A stretch of DNA of 64,000 nucleotides from a virus. Taxonomy: Duplodnaviria; Caudoviricetes. The position numbers were made by a program, and so were the translations under genes. The stretch spans positions 1 to 64,000 of IMG/VR virus record IMGVR_UViG_3300037067_011169; one strand, given 5' to 3'. The notes beneath the pieces are model-generated. The model worked only from the letters and a program-made list of their open reading frames with translations, ran no database searches and was not told where the DNA came from. Position 1 is the stretch's first letter. Each line of letters opens with the position of its first letter. This document shows positions 24,229 through 34,394 of this stretch, in pieces.

Positions 24229-25949
24229 ACTCCACACACTCCCCCATGCCCTGTGAGCATACACACGTCATGGGTCTCGACTGCTTCCTCAAATTCCTTC
24301 CCCAAGTTCTCAACAGCTTCCTGATACGGCACGGCTGTCAGAGGCTGGCCACCTCTTGCCCCATCTGGATAGCATGTGAAGCCACGCAGACGGGGAGCAT
24401 ACTTGGCCAACGTTGCAGCGAATTCATCCACCGTTTCTGGGTTGTTCCGCCGAGTTCCCCATCTTGGCAGGTTGATGGTGCTACTGATGGCTTGATCGAC
24501 GTAGTCCTGGATGTCCGCTTGGACTCTCATTCGCCGTTCAAAATCCTCCGCAAGGTCCAGAGCACTCTCGACCTTGTCAGGCTCAAGTGCATAAATCTTG
24601 ATGAGTTCCTGGGCAGCACTATCCACCACATACTGATAGTGCCACTTGGTTCCCTCCCGTAGATACCGCCGCTTGTAGGCGACGGCGAAGATCGGCTCAA
24701 TGCCGGTGCTCGTTCCCGCGAGGATGCCGATCGTGCCAGTCGGCGCGATTGCTCGTCTAGCAATGGGCCTTGACACGTTCAGCTTGTCCGCAAACTCATT
24801 CGATGTCTGGTTTGTGACCCCTCGGTAGAAGCGAAGCCAATTATGAAGTTCTGGCGTCACCTCATATCGGTATCCTCGTTTGAGTAACCATTCGTGGATG
24901 CCCATGAGTCCAACACCAAGTCGTCGGTTCTTTTCACGAACCTGTCCGATCTTAGGATAGGGTAAGTCGGCGCGCAATGTTCCGCAGAGGAGGAATTTGG
25001 TAGCCAATTCAAGGATGGTTTTGAACTCATCGATCGTCTCAATGCGTCCCAGGTTGATGCTTCCAAGGTTGCAGACATCGGAGTCGTCACCAGATACCAC
25101 TTCCGTGCAAGCATTTCGTAGTGTATCCCTCTCCTGCTCAAACAAATTGAAACTGAACCCTGGTTCAGCGGTTGAAACGGCTTGCAGCACATTCTTCTTG
25201 AACAGTTCGCCGCAATCACCACACTGGCACAACTGAAGATACCAAGCAGTATCGTAGTTGATCGAGATATTCGTCATGTCAAGGGGTGCTGGCCAATTCT
25301 GATCGTATTGCTTGACCTCGGCCAACGTGAGTTTTGTTCCTGGGACAAGAATCTCATGCCAATTTTTGGCCATCAAGAATTTGTCAACGTCACCGTGCTG
25401 CCAGTTGAGTGAAGCGTAGATTGCTGATCGGCGAGACCCACCCTGCATGACGTTGCGGCCAATCTCGTTTATCATCAGCATCTTGGGGATGGGGCCACTC
25501 GACAGCCCTCCAGTGCCTGAGAGAATGGAGTTGCTCTTTCGATAGGTGCTATAGTCAATCCCAATTCCACCGCCCGTCATCAAACAACTCTCCGCTTTCC
25601 AGGAGAGGTTGGCCCAGTCTTCCCGCGTATCCTCTTCTGCGCGAAGCAAATAACAGTTGTTATAGAACTTCCTTGACCTGCCCGCGTAGTAGAGGTAGCG
25701 TCCGCCCGGAATGAACTTCAACTCACGAATATACTTCTTTAACAGTGTCCTTTCCTCAGTGGTAAGAAGTTGCATCTGATGAGGTTGTTTGGGTTCACAA
25801 GGGTCCCCAACGACACCACACACATCCTCAACGAGAACGTCCGCTAACTTGCTCCATGTTTCGCAGCCGGTGTGCTGATACTTGGCGATGAAGATATCTT
25901 CGCTGAACTTCGAGCGAAACATGGGGTTGACTTCAGAGTGAAACATCAT
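24225..25949 (-). CDS. nrdJ: class II (B12-dependent) ribonucleotide reductase
   Basis: NNCY, RNACTE, VCNLGSIN, APTGTI, ISSTIN, GFTCYPDG; no beta subunit in the window. Confidence 0.85.
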   Translation of the reverse strand: MMFHSEVNPMFRSKFSEDIFIAKYQHTGCETWSKLADVLVEDVCGVVGDPCEPKQPHQMQLLTTEERTLLKKYIRELKFIPGGRYLYYAGRSRKFYNNCYLLRAEEDTREDWANLSWKAESCLMTGGGIGIDYSTYRKSNSILSGTGGLSSGPIPKMLMINEIGRNVMQGGSRRSAIYASLNWQHGDVDKFLMAKNWHEILVPGTKLTLAEVKQYDQNWPAPLDMTNISINYDTAWYLQLCQCGDCGELFKKNVLQAVSTAEPGFSFNLFEQERDTLRNACTEVVSGDDSDVCNLGSINLGRIETIDEFKTILELATKFLLCGTLRADLPYPKIGQVREKNRRLGVGLMGIHEWLLKRGYRYEVTPELHNWLRFYRGVTNQTSNEFADKLNVSRPIARRAIAPTGTIGILAGTSTGIEPIFAVAYKRRYLREGTKWHYQYVVDSAAQELIKIYALEPDKVESALDLAEDFERRMRVQADIQDYVDQAISSTINLPRWGTRRNNPETVDEFAATLAKYAPRLRGFTCYPDGARGGQPLTAVPYQEAVENLGKEFEEAVETHDVCMLTGHGGVCGV

Positions 25950-26173
25950 TGCTCCGTATTGGCGGCGACCGGCCGCAGGGACAGGGTGATAACAGGAATG
26001 AGTTGACCGGACTCTACAATGTCGTCTGGATGTTGAAAATCGAGCGTAAACATCGAACAAGGAGTATTGGTTTGCTCCATCCCAAAGGCCATCGCCTCGA
26101 AGATGGTTGCCACCCCTTCCCCTCTCATCGGAGACTCACGCAAGCGCGCAAGTGCAGCAGGCGCTACGTTCAT
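25946..26173 (-). CDS. hypothetical protein
   Basis: overlap-coupled ORF. Confidence 0.55.
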   Translation of the reverse strand: MNVAPAALARLRESPMRGEGVATIFEAMAFGMEQTNTPCSMFTLDFQHPDDIVESGQLIPVITLSLRPVAANTEQ

Positions 26174-26456
26174 CGTTCTCTCTCCTTTGGATGATGATAT
26201 CTAGTGGCAACCGTTTGTTCGGCGAAACACCCAACGCTTTCTTGATAAGCGATCGTGCCTCGCCCCGGGTGTTCGCGGTTACTTCGCCATTCTTGTCCTC
26301 GTGATACCAATTCCACAAATACTTCGGCGGAGCCTTGCTTGGGTCAACGATCAGCCCATCCGCAATCATCTGGCGCTTCATCTGGCGCTTCAGGTATCCG
26401 AGCACCTCTTCATAGGTAAATTTGTGCTGCCGGGGAAACTGAATGCTACGAACCAT
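26136..26456 (-). CDS. hypothetical basic protein
   Basis: SD plus ATG at 26456. Confidence 0.55.
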   Translation of the reverse strand: MVRSIQFPRQHKFTYEEVLGYLKRQMKRQMIADGLIVDPSKAPPKYLWNWYHEDKNGEVTANTRGEARSLIKKALGVSPNKRLPLDIIIQRRENDERSACCTCALA

Positions 26457-26919
26457 GTGTACTCCTTGTTGATAAGGTGAATCGCACCCCGTCCTCCACT
26501 CTCCCATACATCTCATAGAAGTCACGGAGCAAGGGGACAGTGGGTATGAATCCCACAGAACTGAGCCATGGGGATATGTCGTCTGGGTCGCCTGGCCGAA
26601 GTAGTGTTTCCGGCACAATCATTTGGACTGCAAGCAGATTGGTATCCTTCGCATATTGGAGGCAACTGGCTATCAGTGCTCTGCCTACTCCCAATCTCCT
26701 GTGCTCGCTTTTGACGCCAATCTTCACGATGTTGAGATCAGTATCATCTGCCCTGAAAAGCACCATTCCTATTGGAACGCTCTTGTCTGTTGCCACCGTA
26801 CCCAGGCACGTTTGGCCAAAGATACGCCATTCCTGGAGTGTCCAAGGAAAGTCAAAGCACTTGAGATCGATGTCAAACAGGTAGTGGGCGTCATTCTTCG
26901 TTGCTGCACGAATCTGCAC
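26446..26919 (-). CDS. GNAT acetyltransferase (RimI-like)
   Basis: IGVKSEHRRLGVGRALI acetyl-CoA motif; GTG with GGAG SD. Confidence 0.85.
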   Translation of the reverse strand: MQIRAATKNDAHYLFDIDLKCFDFPWTLQEWRIFGQTCLGTVATDKSVPIGMVLFRADDTDLNIVKIGVKSEHRRLGVGRALIASCLQYAKDTNLLAVQMIVPETLLRPGDPDDISPWLSSVGFIPTVPLLRDFYEMYGRVEDGVRFTLSTRSTHGS

Positions 26920-26923
26920 GATG

Positions 26924-27919
26924 CTATCTCCTGAACTGTGGCCTGGCCATTTTGGCGAACATGTCCTCTTCGAGCGATCCGTCAGATTGAAGTGCCACCA
27001 CTTTCTTTTCCAGATGTTGGCAGAGGACATCACTCTCCTCTCTGGACAGATCGGAGAATATCCAGCCGCTCGTAATTGCCGTCCAGCACTCTTGAGCCTG
27101 CGTCAGCACGAGATTCTGGTGCGCACTACTGATGCGCCCTCGATGTTGAGCAATACGAAGTAGGGGATACCCTTCAGGCATCGCTTTCGATACGATCTCG
27201 TCAATGAAGGCAACGACCTCTTCGTCGCCGATCTGTTCACCGAGCAACCAACCGTACTTGCACAACTGGTCGGCATATTCAGTGTTGCCGGCTTCCAGGT
27301 AGGTTTCGCATATCTCCAGACCGTGATGATCGTAGGGCATGTACTCGGGATGACACTTCATGTGTGTCCGACTTGGTTTGTAGGGCTCTCCGTAGCCGTC
27401 CCTGCACAGGCGAAACAGCTTTGAGGGGCTCGCGCTGTACTTGGAACAGAACCCCTTGACTTTCCAATCGAGGATGACGTGGACGCCACACTCGTGGACG
27501 AAACGACAGTCAGGTTTTCCAAGGAAGGGCACCCCTCCAATCTCGCCTGTGACCTCGAACTCGAAACGGGGAGTCTCTTTGGACTTTTGAAGCATCTCCA
27601 GCAGTTCATCAAAAGCACCCGTGAGCCGATAGCAGTCAAATACATACTGACCGGCCGCGAGCGAGAAGTCACGATTGTGCGGTTCCACCTGCGTCTCGAA
27701 GATGGTCTGGAACTCGAATGCCGGGTCCGTCCCCTTCCCGAACAGGCGTTCATGCAAGGCCGATTTGGCATAGGCATCAAAGGATGCGCCAATCGACATG
27801 TAGTTTTCTTGAGCAATCTTGGGGGCCCTGGTTTCCGCCAGGTGGCACATGTAGAACTCTTCCTTGTTCTTGCCCCAGAGGGACAGGGAAGAGTGACTAA
27901 GATACTTGGGAGTTCTCAT
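26924..27919 (-). CDS. PD-(D/E)XK nuclease (RecB/Cas4-like exonuclease family)
   Basis: LSHSSL, GKPD, ILDWK, DQLCKYGWL. Confidence 0.7.
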   Translation of the reverse strand: MRTPKYLSHSSLSLWGKNKEEFYMCHLAETRAPKIAQENYMSIGASFDAYAKSALHERLFGKGTDPAFEFQTIFETQVEPHNRDFSLAAGQYVFDCYRLTGAFDELLEMLQKSKETPRFEFEVTGEIGGVPFLGKPDCRFVHECGVHVILDWKVKGFCSKYSASPSKLFRLCRDGYGEPYKPSRTHMKCHPEYMPYDHHGLEICETYLEAGNTEYADQLCKYGWLLGEQIGDEEVVAFIDEIVSKAMPEGYPLLRIAQHRGRISSAHQNLVLTQAQECWTAITSGWIFSDLSREESDVLCQHLEKKVVALQSDGSLEEDMFAKMARPQFRR

Positions 27920-28385
27920 TCAGCGCCTCGTTGGATATGACATAACGGCCTTCGTAGTCTTCCGCAATGGACCACCCCTTGAGCCTGGATCGGCAGAATG
28001 GAATGATGATACGAAGATTGGATATCAGTCTCGGGTCGTTTAGGGCTTGATGGAGATCAGACCAGAAGACGACTTCATCAGTGACCGTGGTTGCGCCCTT
28101 CTTGTTGCGTCTTGGATTGATCGCACAGTCACAGACGTAAACGAGATACTCCTGACCGCCATCAATTGTTCCCAAGAGCATCACGTCTGAATCATTGCAC
28201 TTCAGACCAGTTTCCTCAAACAACTCTCTGACAGCAGCTTCATGGACAGTCTCGCCTTCTTCCACAGCCCCTCCAGGCAGATTGTATAGACCTGCTTGCC
28301 ACGCCGGCCGCCGCTTCTCAATCAGCAAGACCTGATTCGGATACCCGTAATCAGGAGTAACATGACATAAGACGTACTCGTTCAT
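27897..28385 (-). CDS. NUDIX hydrolase
   Basis: GGAVEEGETVHEAAVRELFEETG. Confidence 0.95.
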   Translation of the reverse strand: MNEYVLCHVTPDYGYPNQVLLIEKRRPAWQAGLYNLPGGAVEEGETVHEAAVRELFEETGLKCNDSDVMLLGTIDGGQEYLVYVCDCAINPRRNKKGATTVTDEVVFWSDLHQALNDPRLISNLRIIIPFCRSRLKGWSIAEDYEGRYVISNEALNENSQVS

Positions 28386-28909
28386 TCAAGCATTTCCTCA
28401 ATTCGCTCTTGCAGGTAGACGACCACGTCGTCCACGTACCCCATCCCTGCATAATCATTCCACTCGCGCGGACACCAGATCGCGGCCCCACCAACACGGT
28501 GGAACCCAGCCACATTGGCTTTGTCATCATCAATCAACAACGTTCTGGCATTCGCACACCAAGCCTTGTCGATCGTCAGTATGTACCGTCGTGCGTACTC
28601 CGGCATTTGTCGCTGAAGCCACGCGATCTTTCCATCCGCTGATCCTTGGACCGGGGCTGGTTTCGTGCAGACGATGACGTTTTCGGAACCAACCATCCTT
28701 TCGCACATGTCAAGGATGCGTTTGCCATCGTGCATCCAAGGCAAGGTCTCCCACCACTGCAAGTTGGTATCCTTCCACAACTCGCTCTCCGGTGATGGGA
28801 AATACTGCTGCCTTATCGTTGTCAGGTAATCCCATTTCTTGTGCTCTGACACCGCAGCGTGGAGGTTGACCAATACCCCGTCCATGTCGAGAAAGATTTG
28901 CTTACTCAT
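28382..28909 (-). CDS. HAD 5'(3')-nucleotidase (NT5C-like)
   Basis: FLDMDGVL, CTKP, LIDDD, WN. Confidence 0.88.
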   Translation of the reverse strand: MSKQIFLDMDGVLVNLHAAVSEHKKWDYLTTIRQQYFPSPESELWKDTNLQWWETLPWMHDGKRILDMCERMVGSENVIVCTKPAPVQGSADGKIAWLQRQMPEYARRYILTIDKAWCANARTLLIDDDKANVAGFHRVGGAAIWCPREWNDYAGMGYVDDVVVYLQERIEEMLE

Positions 28910-29981
28910 TGTCCGTCCCACCTTTTCTCGCTAGGTAATCAGCGCTGACGCTCTTCAGAATCAGACGACCACCAGTGGGAGCATAGAACTGTTCGCGCCA
29001 GGGTGTGATGACACATCCTTCTCGATCCTTGAATGCGGACTTGATTTCATCTGGACTAGCCAACGTCGTGGGACCATACGTGTATTGGTCAATCAGGCCC
29101 TGATGGAAGGGGCCCTCATAGAGTACAGGAACTGTGTCCACGTTGAACTTCCGGCAAAGAAGTTTCACGAATCCCCAGTCGAGATACTGCCCATCGACAC
29201 TGATGTCAAAGACGCGATATGCCCGATGGACACCGTAGTCCATATCTTGGACACCATGACCGTAGATTTCGCCGAAGACAATGGCTGACCGTTTGTTGTT
29301 CTCTTCGTTGCAAAGGTGTGTAAGGAGATTGAGGATACGTTCGTCCTCAAGAGGTTCCCAGTAGATCGAGTGGTACCCTTCTGTGGGACGGCGTCTCCGC
29401 GTCCGATGGGAGCCAGCCATGAACTCAAAGGTCTCGTCATCAACCCGGATCAGCCCTACCCGACTGTTTGTTCCGTGAATCTTCTCCGTGATCCGAACTG
29501 GCATCCCACACGGAAAGGCATCGTTGTGCTTCCAGAAGTGCTCGATAGTCGTGTACTTGTGGAACAGACTAACTTCTGGAGCCAATTCCCCATCCGTCAA
29601 CCGAGGTGGGGCAACGTATTGCTCGGCCTGATATGCTTCGGAGACATCAGACCCAATCGGTTGATCGGCCAAGAACTCTGGGACAGGCACGATGAATCCA
29701 TAACTTGGTTCCTGTCGGAGCCGGCACGCCGCGACACGACAGGGACATTTCTGGCCCTGAATTGTCCCGTGTTTCAGATAGTTCTGAACCTCCAACTTCT
29801 GGCTGACTTCGGGTGGGATCAGGATGTCAGGTGGGAAGAAGACAACATGCTGTTTGGCTACGAATTGTCCTTTGGGAACCAACGTAGGAAGACTGTTGAC
29901 AATGGCGATCTCAAGTCGATCCGCATTGGGATGCGGTTTGATCTCTGTGATCTTGGCGATTTCAACGAACACTGTTGACAT
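28902..29981 (-). CDS. ATP-dependent RNA ligase (Rnl2 / DRB0094-like)
   Basis: N-terminal HPNADRLE domain, TEKIHGTN, FGEIYG, FDI, REGCV, LKSVS. Confidence 0.9.
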   Translation of the reverse strand: MSTVFVEIAKITEIKPHPNADRLEIAIVNSLPTLVPKGQFVAKQHVVFFPPDILIPPEVSQKLEVQNYLKHGTIQGQKCPCRVAACRLRQEPSYGFIVPVPEFLADQPIGSDVSEAYQAEQYVAPPRLTDGELAPEVSLFHKYTTIEHFWKHNDAFPCGMPVRITEKIHGTNSRVGLIRVDDETFEFMAGSHRTRRRRPTEGYHSIYWEPLEDERILNLLTHLCNEENNKRSAIVFGEIYGHGVQDMDYGVHRAYRVFDISVDGQYLDWGFVKLLCRKFNVDTVPVLYEGPFHQGLIDQYTYGPTTLASPDEIKSAFKDREGCVITPWREQFYAPTGGRLILKSVSADYLARKGGTDNE

Positions 29982-30003
29982 AGGAATAACCTTCACGTAT
30001 GGA

Positions 30004-30276
30004 CTAGGACTGCGTTTGTGCGAAACTGTCAAGGGCCTTCGTCAGTGCCAGACCACAGATCGCCATGTCCTGGTATTGCCCCTCCGGCATCCTGGCAATG
30101 ACCTCAAGAGCCGAGGGCAGTTGCATCAAAGTATCGAAGTTCATCCTATCGATGGTACCCAGCGCGTCTCGCCAAGCGGTGAACTCACTGATGCCTGGCA
30201 TCGTGCGCGAGCTAATATGCAGCTTATTCTTCGTTCCTTTGCCGCCAGAAGCGGGCTTCTTTTGGGATGTTGTCAT
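30004..30276 (-). CDS. hypothetical protein
   Basis: fills the gap between the ligases; start uncertain. Confidence 0.45.
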   Translation of the reverse strand: MTTSQKKPASGGKGTKNKLHISSRTMPGISEFTAWRDALGTIDRMNFDTLMQLPSALEVIARMPEGQYQDMAICGLALTKALDSFAQTQS

Positions 30277-31309
30277 CTGTCAGTTCCCTAAATTTGAATG
30301 TGACGATTTGGCCGAGTGTGAAGTGCCTCCCAGCGAAAGACGAGGGCATGTCTTCCCCGGGATGCTTTGCCGCGATATCGCTCATTTCGGGGTTGAGGAA
30401 TTCTCGCTCTTCATCTGTCAGACCGGAAAGTTCAAGTCTCTTACCGTCATAGTCCAGGATGAGAGCACCAATCTTCCCCCTTAAACGGCTGCCCTTGTCC
30501 GTCTCTCTACCCGATGTGAAACCGACTATGGTTCCCTCTGCATCCTGGAATGGTTTGTACTTCAGGATGCCCCGGTGCCGTCTAGGAGTCCACGTACTGA
30601 GTGGGTCCCGCACGATGCACCCCTCGCCACCCTGCGTCAGGACCTTATCAAGAAAGCCCTCCATGAACTGTCGTGCGTCTTCTTCTGTCTCTGGCAATCG
30701 CGTCTGTTGGTGAAGAAATACAAACTCGTTCTGAGCTTCCAATGCGCCACGAAGGAACATCAACTCATCATTGAACGTGGCCGGGGGATTCAAGTGCATG
30801 TACCCAGGAAGTAACCTGGCTGAAAACCACTTCTGAATCTCCTCCAACGTGAACGTCATGGTCATATTGGCGTTCTTGATTTCGCCAGAGCCGAAGAGGT
30901 ACTCCGGTGCAGGCGCACTGTAGACTGCGTAACTGACCAGATGGAAACGAGGGTCGGGCGTGTCGCCAGCGCAAATGCTTCGGCAGAGTTGGAAGTTACC
31001 TCTGCCGGCCCATAGTTCTCCATCCAGGGGACACGCCGGCAACGCATTCAGAAATTTGTCTGGTGCGATGATCGGATTGCCGTAGCGAGACCACAAACCC
31101 GTGGCGAGAGGTTTCACCTTAGCCTTCGGTGTCCCCGTTTTCGGGTCTGTGATGTTCGCCCAGGGAACCTCCGTCGTCCTCATTCCGCGAGTGACTCCGC
31201 CGTCCCAAAAGCATCGGGTGCCATCCAGTTTTTCGCTGATGAGATAGCCGGCGATCTTGTGTTTTGCTGGGTCATACGTCTCAGCCAGTTGCAGGAATTC
31301 ACGCTTCAT
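30224..31309 (-). CDS. lig: ATP-dependent DNA ligase
   Basis: SEKLDG, LDGEL, GGEGCIVR, LKYK, C-terminal OB fold. Confidence 0.92.
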   Translation of the reverse strand: MKREFLQLAETYDPAKHKIAGYLISEKLDGTRCFWDGGVTRGMRTTEVPWANITDPKTGTPKAKVKPLATGLWSRYGNPIIAPDKFLNALPACPLDGELWAGRGNFQLCRSICAGDTPDPRFHLVSYAVYSAPAPEYLFGSGEIKNANMTMTFTLEEIQKWFSARLLPGYMHLNPPATFNDELMFLRGALEAQNEFVFLHQQTRLPETEEDARQFMEGFLDKVLTQGGEGCIVRDPLSTWTPRRHRGILKYKPFQDAEGTIVGFTSGRETDKGSRLRGKIGALILDYDGKRLELSGLTDEEREFLNPEMSDIAAKHPGEDMPSSFAGRHFTLGQIVTFKFRELTDDNIPKEARFWRQRNEE

Positions 31310-31589
31310 CGATGTATCTTTCGCAGTATTGGTTGATGGTTTCACTAAAATCCGCGACGTAGCTTCCCGCGCATCCGGCTGCCAGAACGATCCATGGGTT
31401 GGTTCCGAAAAGCGCCAAACCCAAAATGACACCACACCAGAAGCCACAACACTGATAGCACTCGAAGATGCCATAGTAGAGTAGTCTTGGAAGATGGGCC
31501 TCAGCGAAGGCATCTACCGTATCCATGATCCTTCCGTTGATGATGATGCGAGTCATTCCGATGACAGCAAGAAGGAAGAGCCAGATCAT
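31299..31589 (-). CDS. membrane protein (DUF1360-like)
   Basis: TM helices with CYQCCGFW. Confidence 0.65.
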   Translation of the reverse strand: MIWLFLLAVIGMTRIIINGRIMDTVDAFAEAHLPRLLYYGIFECYQCCGFWCGVILGLALFGTNPWIVLAAGCAGSYVADFSETINQYCERYIDEA

Positions 31590-32434
31590 ATTGGTAGCTC
31601 CGTTAAGTTCCTGGTTACGTGTCCGTCAGTCCAATCGAATACACCGACGCTCCCGTCGAGATCGATCCGAACGAAACTATTCACGGCTTCAGCCCAAGTA
31701 CCACAGTTGTAGAGCCGGCCCTCCACCATGCCGGGTCGATGGGTGTGGCCTGTAATGATGATGTTCTTCCCTCCATCCTGAACCAGGTCCTGATTCATCT
31801 TCCTGAATCGGTCTGGCTTTCCGCAGATGCGATGCCACAGGTCAACAAGCCGGTCCATGCGACCTATGGTCTTACTCTCAACAGTTCGATATTTCCCAGC
31901 CATTGGACTTCCGTTTCTGTCTTCTTTCAGACCAGCGTAGATAGCAGTGATTCGTCCGATGCCGGGGGCGTTGTTCGCACAGTACGGATCAGCCTCATGG
32001 CCATGGCTGATACGGAAGTTCTTCCCGGCCACGAAGAGGTTCGCGGCCATGCACATGCTGTCAAAGAAAGGATGGGGAAGCCATGTCTCGGCCTGGCCGA
32101 TGAAATAGTAAAGGTCCGCATCATGATTTCCTAGAACGTACACTGCACGCATCGCTTCAAAGCGATCGAACAGCCATTCGCTCTCAGTCAGCACCTTGCT
32201 GACGTTGTTTTGCCATAGCTCCAGTAAGTCGCCGGCAATCACCAGACGACCGTTCTCTCGGTCAACGTGATCGAGAAAACCAAGGAACTGCTGTTCCCGG
32301 TGGCCCACCGCGAAATTGTCCCGAGCGCCGCCGGCACCTTTGTGGATATCACTGACGACAAAAAAGGGGCCGTTTCTATCACGGCCCTGCGGATGATCGA
32401 TGAATCGATTCATCGCTGCGAGTTGGTTAAGCAT
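31586..32434 (-). CDS. calcineurin-like metallophosphoesterase
   Basis: SDIH, GDLLE, GNHD, HGH, GHTH. Confidence 0.9.
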   Translation of the reverse strand: MLNQLAAMNRFIDHPQGRDRNGPFFVVSDIHKGAGGARDNFAVGHREQQFLGFLDHVDRENGRLVIAGDLLELWQNNVSKVLTESEWLFDRFEAMRAVYVLGNHDADLYYFIGQAETWLPHPFFDSMCMAANLFVAGKNFRISHGHEADPYCANNAPGIGRITAIYAGLKEDRNGSPMAGKYRTVESKTIGRMDRLVDLWHRICGKPDRFRKMNQDLVQDGGKNIIITGHTHRPGMVEGRLYNCGTWAEAVNSFVRIDLDGSVGVFDWTDGHVTRNLTELPI

Positions 32435-32807
32435 GTTCCACTCCGAATGCTGGAAGTTGTTCTTGAACCTGGGCGAGAACCATCGACGCATCCAGATTGC
32501 GTTGGCCGTCAATCGCCATGTTCAATTCGTCGAGACCGATAATGCCCAACTGGCACGCCCGAATCATGGCGATCGTCTTGACTAAGTCTTCTCCACAGAC
32601 ATCCTTGTAGAGCATCCAGAGTCGTGATCCATAGATGCCATACTCATCAAGGAAACAGAAGACACCGATCGACCCCAATAGGTTGTCCGGGTCAATAGAC
32701 TCTGCTCTTTGAAGAGTCTCCACGAGCACGCGAATCGCGCCCGGGAGACCCTCGGAGAGTGTGTAGATGACATCTTGTACGGTGTCGGAAAGCTGAATGC
32801 GGGTCAT
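32427..32807 (-). CDS. hypothetical protein
   Basis: EGLPGA...GIYGSRLWMLYKDVCG. Confidence 0.7.
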   Translation of the reverse strand: MTRIQLSDTVQDVIYTLSEGLPGAIRVLVETLQRAESIDPDNLLGSIGVFCFLDEYGIYGSRLWMLYKDVCGEDLVKTIAMIRACQLGIIGLDELNMAIDGQRNLDASMVLAQVQEQLPAFGVEHA

Positions 32808-32830
32808 ACTCTTCTCCCTTACGTGTAGGA

Positions 32831-33151
32831 TTATGTGTAGGATGCAATTTCCTCTTCTGTCCAAATGAATTCCACCCCGTCACTCACTTTCAGTCCGATG
32901 AAGAACATCGGTCCCGAACTCCATGGCGCTACCTGGAGGAATTCGTCCGCAGTCCGTCCATCCTTCAACGCATGGCGGTAGAGGTGATATTCCTGATCGA
33001 ACATGCCTGTGTATGATCCGATCTGTTCCAACACTCGTGGGAGACTTTGCTTACACGTTGGGCAGATAGCCCCTCCCACCTCGTTCTCTAGTAGAAACTC
33101 GTGTGCTGAATCAGTCATCCCAATGTGTTGGTCCATCCGAATTCCCATCAC
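32831..33151 (-). CDS. hypothetical protein
   Basis: CPTC, QVAPWSSGPMFF. Confidence 0.65.
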   Translation of the reverse strand: MMGIRMDQHIGMTDSAHEFLLENEVGGAICPTCKQSLPRVLEQIGSYTGMFDQEYHLYRHALKDGRTADEFLQVAPWSSGPMFFIGLKVSDGVEFIWTEEEIASYT

Positions 33152-33323
33152 TCCCTCCTACGGTTCCTAAGCCCTCTCTACCGTGACATCCGGGAGGGTG
33201 TGTCCCTAAACACACAACTCCAGAGTCCGTAGCGAGATAAACAGACTCACCGAATTTCACTGAGTCCCCAACACAGACTGGGCACCCTGCCAATTTCGAT
33301 AAAAGACCACAGGTCTTGGCCAT
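33111..33323 (-). CDS. hypothetical protein
   Basis: GGAG SD, ATG right after tRNA-Thr. Confidence 0.45.
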   Translation of the reverse strand: MAKTCGLLSKLAGCPVCVGDSVKFGESVYLATDSGVVCLGTHPPGCHGREGLGTVGGSDGNSDGPTHWDD

Positions 33324-33338
33324 ATTGTCTCCTCCAAG

Positions 33339-33411
33339 AGCCAGCAGTGGGACTCGAACCCACAACCTGCTGATTACAAATCAGCGGCCCTTCCTGTTGA
33401 GCTACACTGGC
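33339..33411 (-). tRNA. tRNA-Thr(TGT)
   Basis: GCCAGTG/TGCTGGC, GCTGA-TTTGTAA-TCAGC, GTGGG-TTCGAGT-CCCAC. Confidence 0.9.
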
Positions 33412-33585
33412 TTACAGATGCGCTGCCATGCCTGTGCGATGCGAAATGGCCATGGCCTGTTTGATCGCACGCTTCTTTGCCCGCTTGCGGCTTTCAGGAT
33501 CGCCGGCCGTATAGACATACTTCTTCCCGCGTTCACCATATTGGAACGCAGGCTTGCCGTTGACTGTCGTTCGTCTGAGTGGCAT
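33412..33585 (-). CDS. small basic phage protein (57 aa, not in ORF track)
   Basis: MPLRRTTVNGKPAFQYGERGKKYVY...AIKQAMAI. Confidence 0.65.
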   Translation of the reverse strand: MPLRRTTVNGKPAFQYGERGKKYVYTAGDPESRKRAKKRAIKQAMAISHRTGMAAHL

Positions 33586-33588
33586 CTG

Positions 33589-33834
33589 TCACACCTTGTT
33601 TCCGTATATGGGGTCGATCTTTCGATTCTCTTGGATGAGCACCACAACCGTGTCTAACAACTTCGTGATGGGCTCAGCATAGGCCAGCCAGTCGCCTGAT
33701 ACGTCTGCATCCTTCAGCAGACGCTCCAATGTTAGCCGGGCTATCGCAATCTCATACCTGAGATGCCGGATAGCGTTGTAGCCGGCGAACCGTTCCAAAT
33801 CGGCTTCACTCACTCGCTGTGTTGTCTTCGCCAT
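33589..33834 (-). CDS. hypothetical protein
   Basis: GGAGG SD. Confidence 0.6.
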   Translation of the reverse strand: MAKTTQRVSEADLERFAGYNAIRHLRYEIAIARLTLERLLKDADVSGDWLAYAEPITKLLDTVVVLIQENRKIDPIYGNKV

Positions 33835-33836
33835 TG

Positions 33837-34394
33837 TCATCCTCCTAAACAACTGACTAAATGTGTCATGGCATCATAACCATGAAGCGAATTCCACGGC
33901 CTTGGCAACAGGACTGCCTGTCCACCTCGCTGCCGAAACTCCTCTACGTTCTCATCCCGATCGTCAATCAACAGCGACGAAGGTCTCGCACAGACGTGCT
34001 TGGAAGGACCAATCAGAAACTGCCGGCACATTTGAAAGGGTGCATTCCGCTGAATCCATTCGAGCTTTCCTGCGAGGGATTCAGGGCTGATCGTTGGTGA
34101 GGAAAGGAAATGCACATTCGTCAGTCCAACGAGGTTTTCACAGAGTTCTAGCAATTCAGGGAATTCAGTCGTGACTGGTATAGTCGCCCACATCTCCCTG
34201 GTGATTGCACCAAAGAAGGTCGCGGGAGTGAATCGGTTGTAGCCGCTGAGGAGGTTGGCCGCTGCAACGATATCCCATCCACACTCAACCGGATACTCGG
34301 ACTCATCCTTGAACGGCACGCCAAAGGAGGTCAGCAGATGGTACTGCGTCCTCGCGCATACGCCGTCGATATCCAAGAGAATCGTGTCAATCAC
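33837..34394 (-). CDS. second HAD 5'(3')-nucleotidase
   Basis: LLDIDGV, LSSP, LIDDR, PRPWN. Confidence 0.85.
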   Translation of the reverse strand: MIDTILLDIDGVCARTQYHLLTSFGVPFKDESEYPVECGWDIVAAANLLSGYNRFTPATFFGAITREMWATIPVTTEFPELLELCENLVGLTNVHFLSSPTISPESLAGKLEWIQRNAPFQMCRQFLIGPSKHVCARPSSLLIDDRDENVEEFRQRGGQAVLLPRPWNSLHGYDAMTHLVSCLGG

